From Ruminococcus sp. (GTDB lineage Bacteria > Bacillota > Clostridia > Oscillospirales > Acutalibacteraceae), in contig JAFNSO010000027.1 of assembly GCA_017384945.1 (NCBI GenBank), positions 2,931 through 66,930 of the forward strand: a stretch of DNA of 64,000 nt. Direction: 5' to 3'. Both the position numbers and the translations under genes were made by a program. How positions within the stretch are numbered: position 1 is the stretch's first letter; each line of letters starts with the position of its first letter. Of this stretch, positions 29,430 through 39,251 are shown one piece after another. The notes beneath the pieces are model-generated. The model made no database searches and was not told where the DNA came from. It saw only the letters and a program-made list of their open reading frames with translations.

Positions 29430-31046
29430 ATGATGAATTGGACTAAAGAAGCGGTAATGTACAACATTTACCCTCTCGGATTTTGCGGAGCTCCGAGGGA
29501 AAACGACTTCAACCTCTGCTACAGACTCGACAAAATCTACGACTGGATCGACAATTTTAAAAAGCTCGGCGTGAACACCCTCGTACTCAACCCTGTTTTC
29601 GAGAGCACCCGCCACGGCTACGACACAATCGACTACTACAAAATCGACAGCCGTTTGGGCGATAATAATTCTTTTAAAAAAATATGCGACACCCTTCACG
29701 AGAACGGGATCCGCATAATCCTCGACGGCGTTTTCAACCACGTCGGACGCGATTTCTTCGCGTTCAAGGACGTTCAGCAGAACCGCGAGAGCTCGCAGTA
29801 CTGCTCATGGTTTATGAACCTCAACTTCGGCGGCAACAACCACTACAACGACGGCTTCTGCTACGAGGGCTGGGCGGGTCACATCGACCTCGTAAAGCTC
29901 AACCTCGATAACCGTCAGGTCACCGACCACCTCATCGGCGCTGTAAAATTCTGGATCGACGAGTTCAAAATCGACGGTCTCCGTCTCGACGCCGCCGACG
30001 TAATCAACATCGACTTCTTCAAGCAGCTGCGCAACACCTGTCTCAGCCTCAGACCCGACTTCTGGCTCTACGGCGAGGTTGTAGGCGGCGACTACAACCG
30101 CTGGGCTAACGATAACGCCCTCCACTCGGTCACAAACTACGAGTGCTACAAGGGCATTTACTCCAGCCACAACGACCACAATTACTTTGAAATCGCGCAC
30201 TCGCTCAACCGCCAGTTCGGAAGCGGCGGAATATACAAGGGAATTTACACCTTCAATTTCGCGGACAACCACGACGTCAACCGCGTGGCAAGTATGCTCA
30301 GAGAGCCCGAACACCTCCTCAACGTCTACACAATCCTCTACACAATGCCCGGAGTTCCCTGCATTTACTACGGAAGCGAATGGGGAATCAAGGGAATGAG
30401 GACGCGCACAAGCGACTACGAGCTGCGCCCATGTCTCGACATAAACAACATCCCCGAGCCGAACTACAAGCTCTACAACCACCTGTGCAGGCTCGGCAAA
30501 ATCAGAAAGGCTCTGCCCGCGCTTCAAATCGGTGATTTTGAGAATGTAAACATCAGAAACGAACAGCTCGTATACAAACGCAAATGCGGCAACCAGTGCG
30601 TATACGTCGCGTTAAACCTCAGTCAGAACCCGTTTGAAATCGACTTCAACACCGAGTCGGGCGGCTGGCTTACCGACGCTCTGACAGGCGACAACTTCAA
30701 GACCGAGGGCTACGTCAGGATCCCGCTCGAGCCGTGTTCCTCGAGGATTCTTCTCCTCGGCGACGGAAGCGGACTCAGCCTTGACGACGAAGAAGTCGCT
30801 CAGCCAGTGACTCAGGAGACCGAGACGCTCTCACCCGAGCCCGTACAGATTGGCAGATACCGCCACTTCAAGGGCGGCGAGTACGAGGTGATCGGCGTAG
30901 CCAAGGACAGCGAGACCGAAAATGAAAAGGTTGTCTACAAGGCTCTCTACGGCGAAGGACAGCTCTGGGTCAGAGACAAGGACAACTTTGAGGCGATAGT
31001 AGAAAGAGACGGACAGCGTTTCAGACGCTTCACAAAAATCGACTAA
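29430..31046 (+). CDS. Cytoplasmic GH13 alpha-amylase-family hydrolase fused to a C-terminal DUF1653 domain
   Basis: HGYDT, DGVFNH, DGLRLDAA, GEV, NHD; tail GRYRHFKGGEY..SET..VVYKALYG..LWVR. Confidence 0.9.
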   Translation: MMNWTKEAVMYNIYPLGFCGAPRENDFNLCYRLDKIYDWIDNFKKLGVNTLVLNPVFESTRHGYDTIDYYKIDSRLGDNNSFKKICDTLHENGIRIILDGVFNHVGRDFFAFKDVQQNRESSQYCSWFMNLNFGGNNHYNDGFCYEGWAGHIDLVKLNLDNRQVTDHLIGAVKFWIDEFKIDGLRLDAADVINIDFFKQLRNTCLSLRPDFWLYGEVVGGDYNRWANDNALHSVTNYECYKGIYSSHNDHNYFEIAHSLNRQFGSGGIYKGIYTFNFADNHDVNRVASMLREPEHLLNVYTILYTMPGVPCIYYGSEWGIKGMRTRTSDYELRPCLDINNIPEPNYKLYNHLCRLGKIRKALPALQIGDFENVNIRNEQLVYKRKCGNQCVYVALNLSQNPFEIDFNTESGGWLTDALTGDNFKTEGYVRIPLEPCSSRILLLGDGSGLSLDDEEVAQPVTQETETLSPEPVQIGRYRHFKGGEYEVIGVAKDSETENEKVVYKALYGEGQLWVRDKDNFEAIVERDGQRFRRFTKID

Positions 31047-31056
31047 ACTAAAAAAA

Positions 31057-31086
31057 CGGCGGATAAGCGTTTTTGCTTATCTGCCG
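31057..31086. terminator. Bidirectional terminator
   Basis: CGGCGGATAAGC / GCTTATCTGCCG with flanking A- and T-tracts. Confidence 0.8.
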
Positions 31087-31370
31087 TTTTTATTGTCATA
31101 CATATTTTTTGCCGAATATGGGTTTACGTTCTTTTTATTCGCGTTCGGCTCAGGCGACTGACCTCCCCAGCGGGCAAAGACAATGAGCAAATACCTCATA
31201 ACTCCCGCGAGAAGCCACACGACGAGCGTAAGCCAAAACCAGAATATCGGCAATCCGAACAAAAAATGGGCAATCAGCGTAAACCACATCGGAACAGAGC
31301 ACAGCCACGAGCTAAGTCTGAAAAACAAAAAGAAAAACAAGCCGTACATAAACTCCGCGAATCCGCTCAT
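31077..31370 (-). CDS. Small membrane protein
   Basis: Start MSGFAE with GAGGAG RBS; hydrophobic; NPYS tail. Confidence 0.65.
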   Translation of the reverse strand: MSGFAEFMYGLFFFLFFRLSSWLCSVPMWFTLIAHFLFGLPIFWFWLTLVVWLLAGVMRYLLIVFARWGGQSPEPNANKKNVNPYSAKNMYDNKNGR

Positions 31371-31446
31371 ACAAATCACTCCTCTCAAAATGATTATAAC
31401 ACAGTCTGTCAAGTACCCGACACTTTTATTATGTGTAAATTCAAAA

Positions 31447-31479
31447 AAACGGACAGGCAGGAAAACCGTCTGTCCGTTT
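31447..31479 (-). terminator. Terminator of the LCP gene
   Basis: AAACGGACAG / CTGTCCGTTT stem with a U-tract on the minus strand. Confidence 0.75.
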
Positions 31480-31485
31480 GAATCA

Positions 31486-32598
31486 TTAACTATCAAGGAG
31501 CTTGCCGAAGATAAACTTCGCGAACTTCTTTCTGCACAAATCCATATCGTTGATCTGGATGCAGGAGCCCGCCGCGGGGTCTGTATAGTATGACCAGAGG
31601 CCGTCCTGCGGGATCGTGTACTGCTTGACCTTATACTTCATATACGCCATAGCGTGAGTTACAAGACCTGTGATTTCGTCCTTCTTGAGGTTTGTTGTTA
31701 CAAGAGGACCGACGTCCGAAACCATCTGGATGATCTGCGGAAGTGAAGCGTTCCTTACGCTGTTGAAAACTGTCTCAAGGAGCTTTCTCTGACGTGAGGT
31801 TCTGTCCCAGTCGTCTCCGCCCTGAACGCCGTCGTAGCCTCGGTCACGCGCGTACCAAAGCGCCTGCTGACCCGTGAGGGTGATTTTTCCGTCCTTCTCG
31901 GGAAGGAGGTGAGCCGACTTTGTCTGGTGGTTAATGTACATCTGATAGTTGATATACGCGACCTCGCCCTGGTCGAGCTCGATCTCAAGACCGCCGAGAA
32001 CATCGATAATCTTCTTGAAGCTTGTGAAGTCAACGACCGCGTAACGGTCAACCTTAACGCCGAAATTGGACTCAATAGTTCTGATAGCCAGCGACGCTCC
32101 GCCGAGCGAATAGGACGCGTTGAGCTTATTGTACCCGTGCTCGGGAATATAAACGTAAGTATCACGCTGGAAGGACGTGAGCTTTATGCTCTTTGAGTTG
32201 TTGTCGATCGACGCCATAATCATCGAGTCGGAACGTCCCGTTGTACCCTTTGCGTGGTTATCCTCGCCGAAGAGCATTACGTTAAGAATCTTTGGGTTTG
32301 AAAGCAAATCGGTGTTATTAACCGCGGTTTTGAAATCCCCGGGATCCTCGGTGTTCACGGTCGCGTCGGGCTTTGTCGCCTTCGTCGCCTGAGTCTCGTC
32401 AGCCTTGAACTCGAGTGAATCGAGAGCCTCGTAGTAGTAAATCATACCCGCTCCCGTAAGCATACAAAGCACAGCGAGGAAAATCGCGATTGCTCGGCGT
32501 ACTCTGCCTTTTTTCTTGTATAGCTTGACAACCTGTGTGCCCGAGTTGATATCTACAAAATCGGAGCGGTTGTCAGGATTATGTCTTTGATTAGCCAT
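31486..32598 (-). CDS. LytR-CpsA-Psr (LCP) family glycopolymer transferase
   Basis: TM; GRSDSM, SFQRD, KLNASY, ALWYAR, D..RTSRQ motifs. Confidence 0.92.
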   Translation of the reverse strand: MANQRHNPDNRSDFVDINSGTQVVKLYKKKGRVRRAIAIFLAVLCMLTGAGMIYYYEALDSLEFKADETQATKATKPDATVNTEDPGDFKTAVNNTDLLSNPKILNVMLFGEDNHAKGTTGRSDSMIMASIDNNSKSIKLTSFQRDTYVYIPEHGYNKLNASYSLGGASLAIRTIESNFGVKVDRYAVVDFTSFKKIIDVLGGLEIELDQGEVAYINYQMYINHQTKSAHLLPEKDGKITLTGQQALWYARDRGYDGVQGGDDWDRTSRQRKLLETVFNSVRNASLPQIIQMVSDVGPLVTTNLKKDEITGLVTHAMAYMKYKVKQYTIPQDGLWSYYTDPAAGSCIQINDMDLCRKKFAKFIFGKLLDS

Positions 32599-32709
32599 AA
32601 TAACTCCCCTTATAATGAAATTTCCCATATTTCGACATTATAATATAGGATAGTATAACACAGCACCCACCACATTATTATTCCTCAAAAGAATATAACT
32701 TCTTTGTCA

Positions 32710-32927
32710 TTTTTTTAGAGTTTCTTCGTCAGGCTCGTTCGTTCCTATCGGAGCGTTCATATCCCCCGAACCGTCGTGCCTCTGTGAAGTTTTGGATATG
32801 GAGGATAGGTTCTTCTCCTTTTTTTAGAGTTTCTTCGTCAGGCTCGTTCGTTCCTGTCGGAGCGTTCATATCCCCCGAACCGTCGTGCCTCTGTGAAGTT
32901 TTGGATATGGAGGATAGGTTCTACTCC
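32710..32927. repeat. Tandem duplication of a 109-bp structured non-coding element (2 copies, 2 mismatches)
   Basis: Copy 1 32710-32818, copy 2 32819-32927; differences at 32747/32856 and 32814/32923; nested stems CCTATC/GATAGG and CATATCC/GGATATG. Confidence 0.92.
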
Positions 32928-33077
32928 TTGGTTTTTTCCAAAAAGAGTTTTCAACTCTCAACTCTGAAAGTTTTCCGAATAACTAATTGCGCATTGCGAA
33001 TTAAATACTGTGTCTTAATACAGTAGTGTCATACTATTTTCAAAAAGTTTCAAAAAATCTGAATTTTTCACATTTTT

Positions 33078-33662
33078 TTAAAATTCATCAATCGTCAGGC
33101 TGAATGACGGCATAAATTTTTCCATAAACTCGTCGGCTTCGGGGAGCTTCATCGCCTTTATCGCCTTTTCGGTCGAAAATTTCGCCCTCAGAAAGTCGTC
33201 GTTTCCCATTCTGAGCTCCTCGACGCACTTTACATACGCCGAAAGCTTATCAGCCGCTTTTACGAAAATCTTCAGAGACTCGTCTTTTTCATTCTCAAAA
33301 AGAATTATATCCTCATATTCCTCCCTCAATTCCTCGGGAAGCATCGAAACGAGCCTTTCGCCCGCAAGCTTTTCGACTTTTTTGTAGGAAGAGATTATTT
33401 CGGGGTTATAATACTTAACGGGCGTCGGCATATCACCCGTGATGATCTCGGTTGAGTCGTGGTACATCCCGAGAAGCGCCGCGCGCTCGGCGTTGAGCTC
33501 CTCTCCTGTTCTCCTGTTATGCAAAAGCACGAGCAAATGCGCGAAAAACGCGACCTGCAAGCTGTGCTCGGAGATATTCTCGGTGTTTGTATTATTCATC
33601 AATCCCCAGCGGTTTATGTATTTCATACGTGATAGCATGGCAAAAAAGTGAGATTTTTCCAT
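33078..33662 (-). CDS. yfbR: HD-domain 5'-deoxynucleotidase (YfbR-like)
   Basis: MKYINRW, ENISEHS, YHD, TGDMPTPVKY, ADKL. Confidence 0.88.
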   Translation of the reverse strand: MEKSHFFAMLSRMKYINRWGLMNNTNTENISEHSLQVAFFAHLLVLLHNRRTGEELNAERAALLGMYHDSTEIITGDMPTPVKYYNPEIISSYKKVEKLAGERLVSMLPEELREEYEDIILFENEKDESLKIFVKAADKLSAYVKCVEELRMGNDDFLRAKFSTEKAIKAMKLPEADEFMEKFMPSFSLTIDEF

Positions 33663-33758
33663 TTTTTCAATCCTTTTACAAATTTTTATTTCAAAACACA
33701 TCAAAATGTGCTATAATATTTTAATACATTTTCAATTCATTGTAAAGCAGGAAACAAA

Positions 33759-36176
33759 ATGATTGGTTATAAATTAGAGAAAAATATTTACAAGCACTGC
33801 GGACTTCTGACGTTTCTGCTGGCGGGGCTTATAGCGGCTTTGCTTTTTGTTCCCGTAATGGTCGAAAACGGCGGAATGTTTATGTACTACGGTGACTTCA
33901 ACGTACAGGAAATACCGTTTTACCAGATGGTTCACGACCACGTCCGCGAGGGTATGCTCGGCTGGAGCCACACCACCGACCTCGGCTCCGCTACTGTTCC
34001 CGCCTACTCGTTTTATCTCATGGGGAGTCCGTTTTTCTGGCTGACAATCCCCTTTCCGAGCGAAGCCGTACCCTTCCTCATGGGGCCGCTTTTTATTCTG
34101 AAATTCGCCTGCGCCGCGATGACCTCGTACTTCTACCTCAAGCGCTACGTAAGAAACAGGCTGTTCGCCACGGCGGGCGGTCTGCTGTACGCGTTCTCGG
34201 GATTCTCGATTTACAACATCTTTTTCTTCCACTTTCACGAGCCGATGATTGTCTTTCCCCTGCTTTTGTGGGCGATCGACCGCTTTATGTGCGACGACAA
34301 AAAGGGCGCGCTGGCTCCCGTTGTGTTTATCTGCTGCCTTATAAACTACTATTTCTTCGCGGGAATGGCTGTTTTCGCGGCGGCTTACTGGCTTATACTC
34401 GTTTTCACAAACCGCTGCAAATTGTCATTTTCCAAAACGGTTTTCTTCTTTCTCGAGGTAATCCTCGGGGTCGGGGCAACGGCGTTTATGATTATTCCGA
34501 CGGTACTCTTCCTCATGGGCAACCCGAGGCTTTCCGTTCTGCCCGACGGCTACAACGCCCTCGTCTACGACATTCCGCAAAAATACTGGTACATCATTCT
34601 CAGCTTCTTCTTCCCTCCCGAAATGCCCGCTCAGATGAACTTCACGCCCGACGTAAACGCGAACTGGGCTTCCGTCAGCGGTTGGCTTCCGCTCGCGGGA
34701 ATGACGGGCGTTATCGGCTATCTGCAGCTCAGAAAGCGCGACTGGATTAAAAAGCTTATCCTGCTTTGCGTAATAATGGCGCTGATCCCTGTGCTCAACT
34801 CCGCGTTTCAGCTGCTCAACTCGAGCATTTACTACGCGAGATGGTTTTATATGCCCGTACTGATTTTGTCGCTCGCTACCGTCCGGTCTCTCGAGGACAG
34901 AAGAATCGACTGGAACCGCGCCTTTTGCTGGTCGGCGGGGATCACCGCGGCGATCGCTCTCTTCACGGGGCTTATGCCGAAAACGATTTACGACGAAAAC
35001 GACAAGGTTGAGAGCGTCAACATCGGTCTGATGGACTACATCGCGAGGTACTGGGTGTACGTGGCTGTCGCCATGGTTTCACTTCTGCTCTTCGCGCTGA
35101 TTGTAAAGCGTTACGAAACAGGCACAAAGAGGTTGGCCGTTATGACGATCGCGGGAATAGCGGTCATCACGCTTGTTTCCTCGACATATATTGTGCAGAC
35201 AGGCAACTCCCTCGACGCGGACGACACGCCTTTCATACGCGAAAACATAGTCAACCGAACCGAAGCCCGAAAGCTCCCCGACATCAAAAACTGCCGAAGC
35301 GACTTTTACGACGTTCCCGACAACACCGCGATGTACTGGCAGATCCCGTCAATCAGAGCGTTCCACAGCGTCGTTTCGACCTCGATTATGAAGTTCTACG
35401 ACTCGGCTCTCGACGTCACAAGAGACACCTCCTCCGAGCCCGACACCGACCAGTACGGGCTGAGAGGGCTTCTTAGCTGCCGATACCTCTTCGCGAGGGA
35501 AAAAAGCGACTTTGAAGAGGACGACAAGCCCGCTATGCCCTACTGGAGACGAATAACCTCCGTCGACGGAATGGAGGTCTACGAAAACGAGTGCTTCATC
35601 CCGATGGGCTTTATGTTTGACAAGTTTGTCTCAAAAAGGGAGTTTCTCAATATTCAGACGGTCTACCGCTCCGAGGCTTTGCTCAAGGCTATGGTGCTGT
35701 CGCAAAAGGACCTCGCGCTTTACTCCGATATAACGGGCTACACCGACGAGGATTTCGCGAAAATCAACGAGGATATCGGCGAATACAAGAGCAAAACCGA
35801 AGGCTTTGAGTACGGAAAGGAAGAGTACCTGAAGGACTGCGAAAGGCTGAAAGAAAACTCCTGCCAAAGCTTTGAATTCACCAAAAACGGCTTTAAGGCG
35901 GAGCTTTACAACAAGGGTGAGGACAATCTGCTGTTCTTTTCGGTACCTTACGACAATGGCTGGACGGCGTATGTCAACGGCAAAAAAACCGACATCGTAA
36001 AATGCGATTTCGGATTTATGGCGGTCAGGGTTCAGGGTAGGACGAACTCAAAAATAGAATTCAGATACAACATATACGGTTTCGATATAGGAATTATAAT
36101 CACGGTATGCTGTGGTATAATATTTCTTATGTATATCGGAGTCCTGATAATTTTAAACAGAAGGAAGCGTTGCTGA
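33759..36176 (+). CDS. YfhO-family GT-C membrane glycosyltransferase
   Basis: GDFNVQ, YLMGSPF, many TMs, C-terminal SVPYDNGWTAYVNG. Confidence 0.9.
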   Translation: MIGYKLEKNIYKHCGLLTFLLAGLIAALLFVPVMVENGGMFMYYGDFNVQEIPFYQMVHDHVREGMLGWSHTTDLGSATVPAYSFYLMGSPFFWLTIPFPSEAVPFLMGPLFILKFACAAMTSYFYLKRYVRNRLFATAGGLLYAFSGFSIYNIFFFHFHEPMIVFPLLLWAIDRFMCDDKKGALAPVVFICCLINYYFFAGMAVFAAAYWLILVFTNRCKLSFSKTVFFFLEVILGVGATAFMIIPTVLFLMGNPRLSVLPDGYNALVYDIPQKYWYIILSFFFPPEMPAQMNFTPDVNANWASVSGWLPLAGMTGVIGYLQLRKRDWIKKLILLCVIMALIPVLNSAFQLLNSSIYYARWFYMPVLILSLATVRSLEDRRIDWNRAFCWSAGITAAIALFTGLMPKTIYDENDKVESVNIGLMDYIARYWVYVAVAMVSLLLFALIVKRYETGTKRLAVMTIAGIAVITLVSSTYIVQTGNSLDADDTPFIRENIVNRTEARKLPDIKNCRSDFYDVPDNTAMYWQIPSIRAFHSVVSTSIMKFYDSALDVTRDTSSEPDTDQYGLRGLLSCRYLFAREKSDFEEDDKPAMPYWRRITSVDGMEVYENECFIPMGFMFDKFVSKREFLNIQTVYRSEALLKAMVLSQKDLALYSDITGYTDEDFAKINEDIGEYKSKTEGFEYGKEEYLKDCERLKENSCQSFEFTKNGFKAELYNKGEDNLLFFSVPYDNGWTAYVNGKKTDIVKCDFGFMAVRVQGRTNSKIEFRYNIYGFDIGIIITVCCGIIFLMYIGVLIILNRRKRC

Positions 36177-37432
36177 TGAATTTCGGCAAGGAAATTTTAC
36201 GATACAAGGACGAGCTTTTGAGCGATTTGAAAACGCTTATGGAAATCCGCTCGGTCTACAGCGAAAGCCCGAAGGAATGCGAAAAAGCGCTGGACTTTAT
36301 GCTGAAAAGAGCCTCGGATTTCGGGCTTGTCACAAAGAATATAAAGAACAAGGCGGGTCACGCCGAGCTCGGACACGGAAAAAAGCTCTGCGCCGCGCTG
36401 ACTCACCTTGACGTTGTGCCCGCGGGCAAGGGCTGGAGCGTCGAGCCGTTCACCCTGACGAGGAAAAACGGCAGGCTCTACGGCAGAGGGATCGACGACG
36501 ACAAGGGCGCGTCGATGGTGAACCTCTACTGCTTAAGGGCGCTTAAGGAAAGCGGAATCAAGGGCAAAAACACGCTCCGCGCCATTTTCGGCACCGACGA
36601 GGAGGTCGGGATGTCGGATATGGAGACGTATTTTGAAAACGAAGCCCTCCCAGACCTCAGCTTCACGCCCGACAGCGACTACGGTATCTGCTGCGCGGAA
36701 AAGGGAATATTGCAGATTAAAATAAGCTCGGACGAACGCTGTCCGTTCAGGCTGACCGCGGGAAACGCGCTCAACGCCGTACCCGACGAGGCGCTGGCAG
36801 AGCTTGAAAACGGAGAAACAATCTCCGTTTCGGGAAAGGCGTCTCACGCCTGCGAGCCCCAAAAGGGCGAAAACGCCGCGGTAAAGCTAATAAACACACT
36901 AAACGAATCGACAGCGCTGACGAACTTCATCAAAAAATACATCTCAACCGATGTTTACGGAGAGCTGATGGGAATAAGCGCCGAGGACGAACCCTCGGGA
37001 AGGCTCACACTCAACCTCGGCAGACTCAGAGTCAACGAGCAAGAGAACTGCTTCACGCTCGATATCCGCTATCCCGTCACAAAGGATTATGAAGAAATAC
37101 TCAGCAAAATCAAAATTCTTTGTGAGAAAAATAATCTTAAAACGGAGGTTTTGCACCACTCCGCTCCCCTGTATCTCCCGAAGGACAGCGAAACCGTGAG
37201 CATTCTTTCGCGCGCGTACAAAGAGATTACGGGCGACCTCCCCGAGCTCTACTCGACAGGCGGAGGAACCTACGCGAGGATGCTGGGCGGAAGAGGAGTC
37301 GCGTTCGGTCCCGCGTTTAAGGACGACAACGTAAATATGCACAATTCGGACGAAAGTATCGACGAAGAAAAATTCTTTTTACACGCTCAGATTTGCCTGC
37401 AGGCGATGTACGAGCTGTACACAACGGAGTAA
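36176..37432 (+). CDS. M20 Sapep/PepV-like dipeptidase
   Basis: HLDVVP, GRGIDDDKG, DEE, GGGTYAR, H..DE; ATG overlaps the yfhO stop. Confidence 0.9.
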   Translation: MNFGKEILRYKDELLSDLKTLMEIRSVYSESPKECEKALDFMLKRASDFGLVTKNIKNKAGHAELGHGKKLCAALTHLDVVPAGKGWSVEPFTLTRKNGRLYGRGIDDDKGASMVNLYCLRALKESGIKGKNTLRAIFGTDEEVGMSDMETYFENEALPDLSFTPDSDYGICCAEKGILQIKISSDERCPFRLTAGNALNAVPDEALAELENGETISVSGKASHACEPQKGENAAVKLINTLNESTALTNFIKKYISTDVYGELMGISAEDEPSGRLTLNLGRLRVNEQENCFTLDIRYPVTKDYEEILSKIKILCEKNNLKTEVLHHSAPLYLPKDSETVSILSRAYKEITGDLPELYSTGGGTYARMLGGRGVAFGPAFKDDNVNMHNSDESIDEEKFFLHAQICLQAMYELYTTE

Positions 37433-37434
37433 AT

Positions 37435-38205
37435 ATGTCAACAGAAAGAATTATCAGAAATCAGGCAAGAGAAAAGCTCAGCGGCAATTTTGTTCTCGCG
37501 ACAGCGGGCTTGCTGACGGTTTTCGCGCTTTTGATTTTAATATTGTTCTCGCAGGAAACAATACTCACCATATTTAACGTCTGGGACGAAAACGGCGTCG
37601 CGAAGGAAGGAACTGAGCTGCTTGTAAGCCTCGCCTCCCTGCTTGCCGTGACAGCCCTCATTGCGCTCAGTCCCGTAAAAAACGGCTTTCTGAGGCTTTG
37701 CTTTTTGTTCGCGAACGGAAAGGAAGCGAATTATAACGACCTTTTCTTCTACTTCAAAAAGGGTTATTTTCTCAAAACCGTCGGCTTCAATCTCATTCTG
37801 GCGCTCAAAAAGCTTGTAAAGGCGTTTCTCTGCTTTTTGCCGTGTATTGTTTCAAGCTATTTCACCTACACCCTGAAAAGCCTCGTCGTGCTGGGTATAA
37901 TCTCATTTTTGCTTTTTCTTTTCGGACTTACGCTTTTCATAATTCTGATTTTAAAATACTTTATTTCCGAATTTATCTACATCGACGACAGCAACACGGA
38001 TTTTACGACTATTTTCGCTGTTACCAACCACATCATCAAACGTCACAGAGGCGATGTGTATATGCTGTGGTGTTCATTTTTGCCGTGGCTGGGACTGTGC
38101 TTCTTTGTGCTGCCCGCGCTCTACGTTTTCCCCTACGCGCTGACCGCCTCCGCTGTCTCGGCAAAATGGCTTCTTACTATATACAAGGACGGTAGAATGA
38201 TATGA
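37435..38205 (+). CDS. DUF975-like membrane protein
   Basis: AREKLSG N-terminus, multiple TMs, SFLPW..YVFPY. Confidence 0.65.
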   Translation: MSTERIIRNQAREKLSGNFVLATAGLLTVFALLILILFSQETILTIFNVWDENGVAKEGTELLVSLASLLAVTALIALSPVKNGFLRLCFLFANGKEANYNDLFFYFKKGYFLKTVGFNLILALKKLVKAFLCFLPCIVSSYFTYTLKSLVVLGIISFLLFLFGLTLFIILILKYFISEFIYIDDSNTDFTTIFAVTNHIIKRHRGDVYMLWCSFLPWLGLCFFVLPALYVFPYALTASAVSAKWLLTIYKDGRMI

Positions 38206-39242
38206 TAATAACAGTTGGCGTTATCGCTTACAACGAGAAGAACTCGCTGGGCTCGCTGCTCAAGGACATCTGCGCTCAGACATATGACCACAAGAAAATC
38301 GAGGTTCTGCTCGTTGACAGCAACTCCACCGACAATACAAAGGTAATTATGGAGACCTTCCGCAAGAATAACAAGGCTGATTTCTATGATATAAAGGTTC
38401 TCTCAAACCCCAAGCGCACCCAGCCCTGCGGCTGGAACGTCGTGCTCAACAACTACAGCGGCGACGCGGTTGTCAGGATCGACGCCCACGCTTCGATCCC
38501 CTCGGACTTCATCGAGAAGAATGTGACCACCTTAAAGGATGAGTACATCTGCGGCGGCTTCAGACCTAATATTATCGACGAAAAAACCCCGTGGAAGGAA
38601 ACCTTGCTTCTGGTTGAGACCTCAATGTTCGGAAGCTCGATCGCTCCGTACCGCCGTCAGCAGGGAAAAACCTACGTCAATTCACTTTTTCACGGCGCGT
38701 ACAAGCGCGAGGTTTTTGACAAGGTGGGCTTTTTCAACGAGTGTCTGACCCGAACCGAGGACAACGAAATGCACTACCGAATCCACAAGGCGGGCTTCAA
38801 GCTCTGCTTTAACCCCGAAATCATCTCCTATCAGCACACGAGAAACAACCTCAAAAGTATGATAAAGCAGAAATTCGGCAACGGAAAATGGATCGGCCTC
38901 ACCCTATCGGTGTCGCCCAAGTGCCTTTCGTACTATCATTTTGTACCGTTTCTGTTTGTGGGAGGTCTTTTGTTTACTTCGCTGATCGCTCTGCTCGGCT
39001 ACCCTCTTCTGCTTGAGATCCTCCTGCTTTTGTACTCGATGTTTGACTTTGTAAACACCGTAAGCTGCTTTACGATGCGCGACATTCACCCGCAGTTTTT
39101 CCTGCTTCCGATTCTTTTCCCGATGATGCACATAGCCTACGGCGTCGGAACGATCGTCGGAATACTCGAGATTCCCTTCTGGAAGCGCAAGCTCAAAAAG
39201 CAAAGGGAGCTCGAAGAGAATAATTCCAAAGAAGAAAAATAA
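38202..39242 (+). CDS. GT2 glycosyltransferase (ExoA-like) with C-terminal TMs
   Basis: YNE, VDSNSTD, IDAH, RTEDNE. Confidence 0.9.
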   Translation: MIITVGVIAYNEKNSLGSLLKDICAQTYDHKKIEVLLVDSNSTDNTKVIMETFRKNNKADFYDIKVLSNPKRTQPCGWNVVLNNYSGDAVVRIDAHASIPSDFIEKNVTTLKDEYICGGFRPNIIDEKTPWKETLLLVETSMFGSSIAPYRRQQGKTYVNSLFHGAYKREVFDKVGFFNECLTRTEDNEMHYRIHKAGFKLCFNPEIISYQHTRNNLKSMIKQKFGNGKWIGLTLSVSPKCLSYYHFVPFLFVGGLLFTSLIALLGYPLLLEILLLLYSMFDFVNTVSCFTMRDIHPQFFLLPILFPMMHIAYGVGTIVGILEIPFWKRKLKKQRELEENNSKEEK

Positions 39243-39251
39243 GGAGCTATT

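Noticed and set aside
28068-30527. Long antisense ORFs (28068-28787 and 29805-30527)
   Set aside because: They lie opposite well-supported genes with strong codon bias and show no recognisable motifs.
32720-32790. Hammerhead ribozyme (CTGACGA..GAAA) or group II intron domain V (GCACGACGGTTC) similarity
   Set aside because: No stem II between CTGACGA and GAAA; the 5' half of domain V and any RT gene are absent.
32710-32927. CRISPR array
   Set aside because: Only two contiguous 109-bp units, no unique spacers, and no cas genes.
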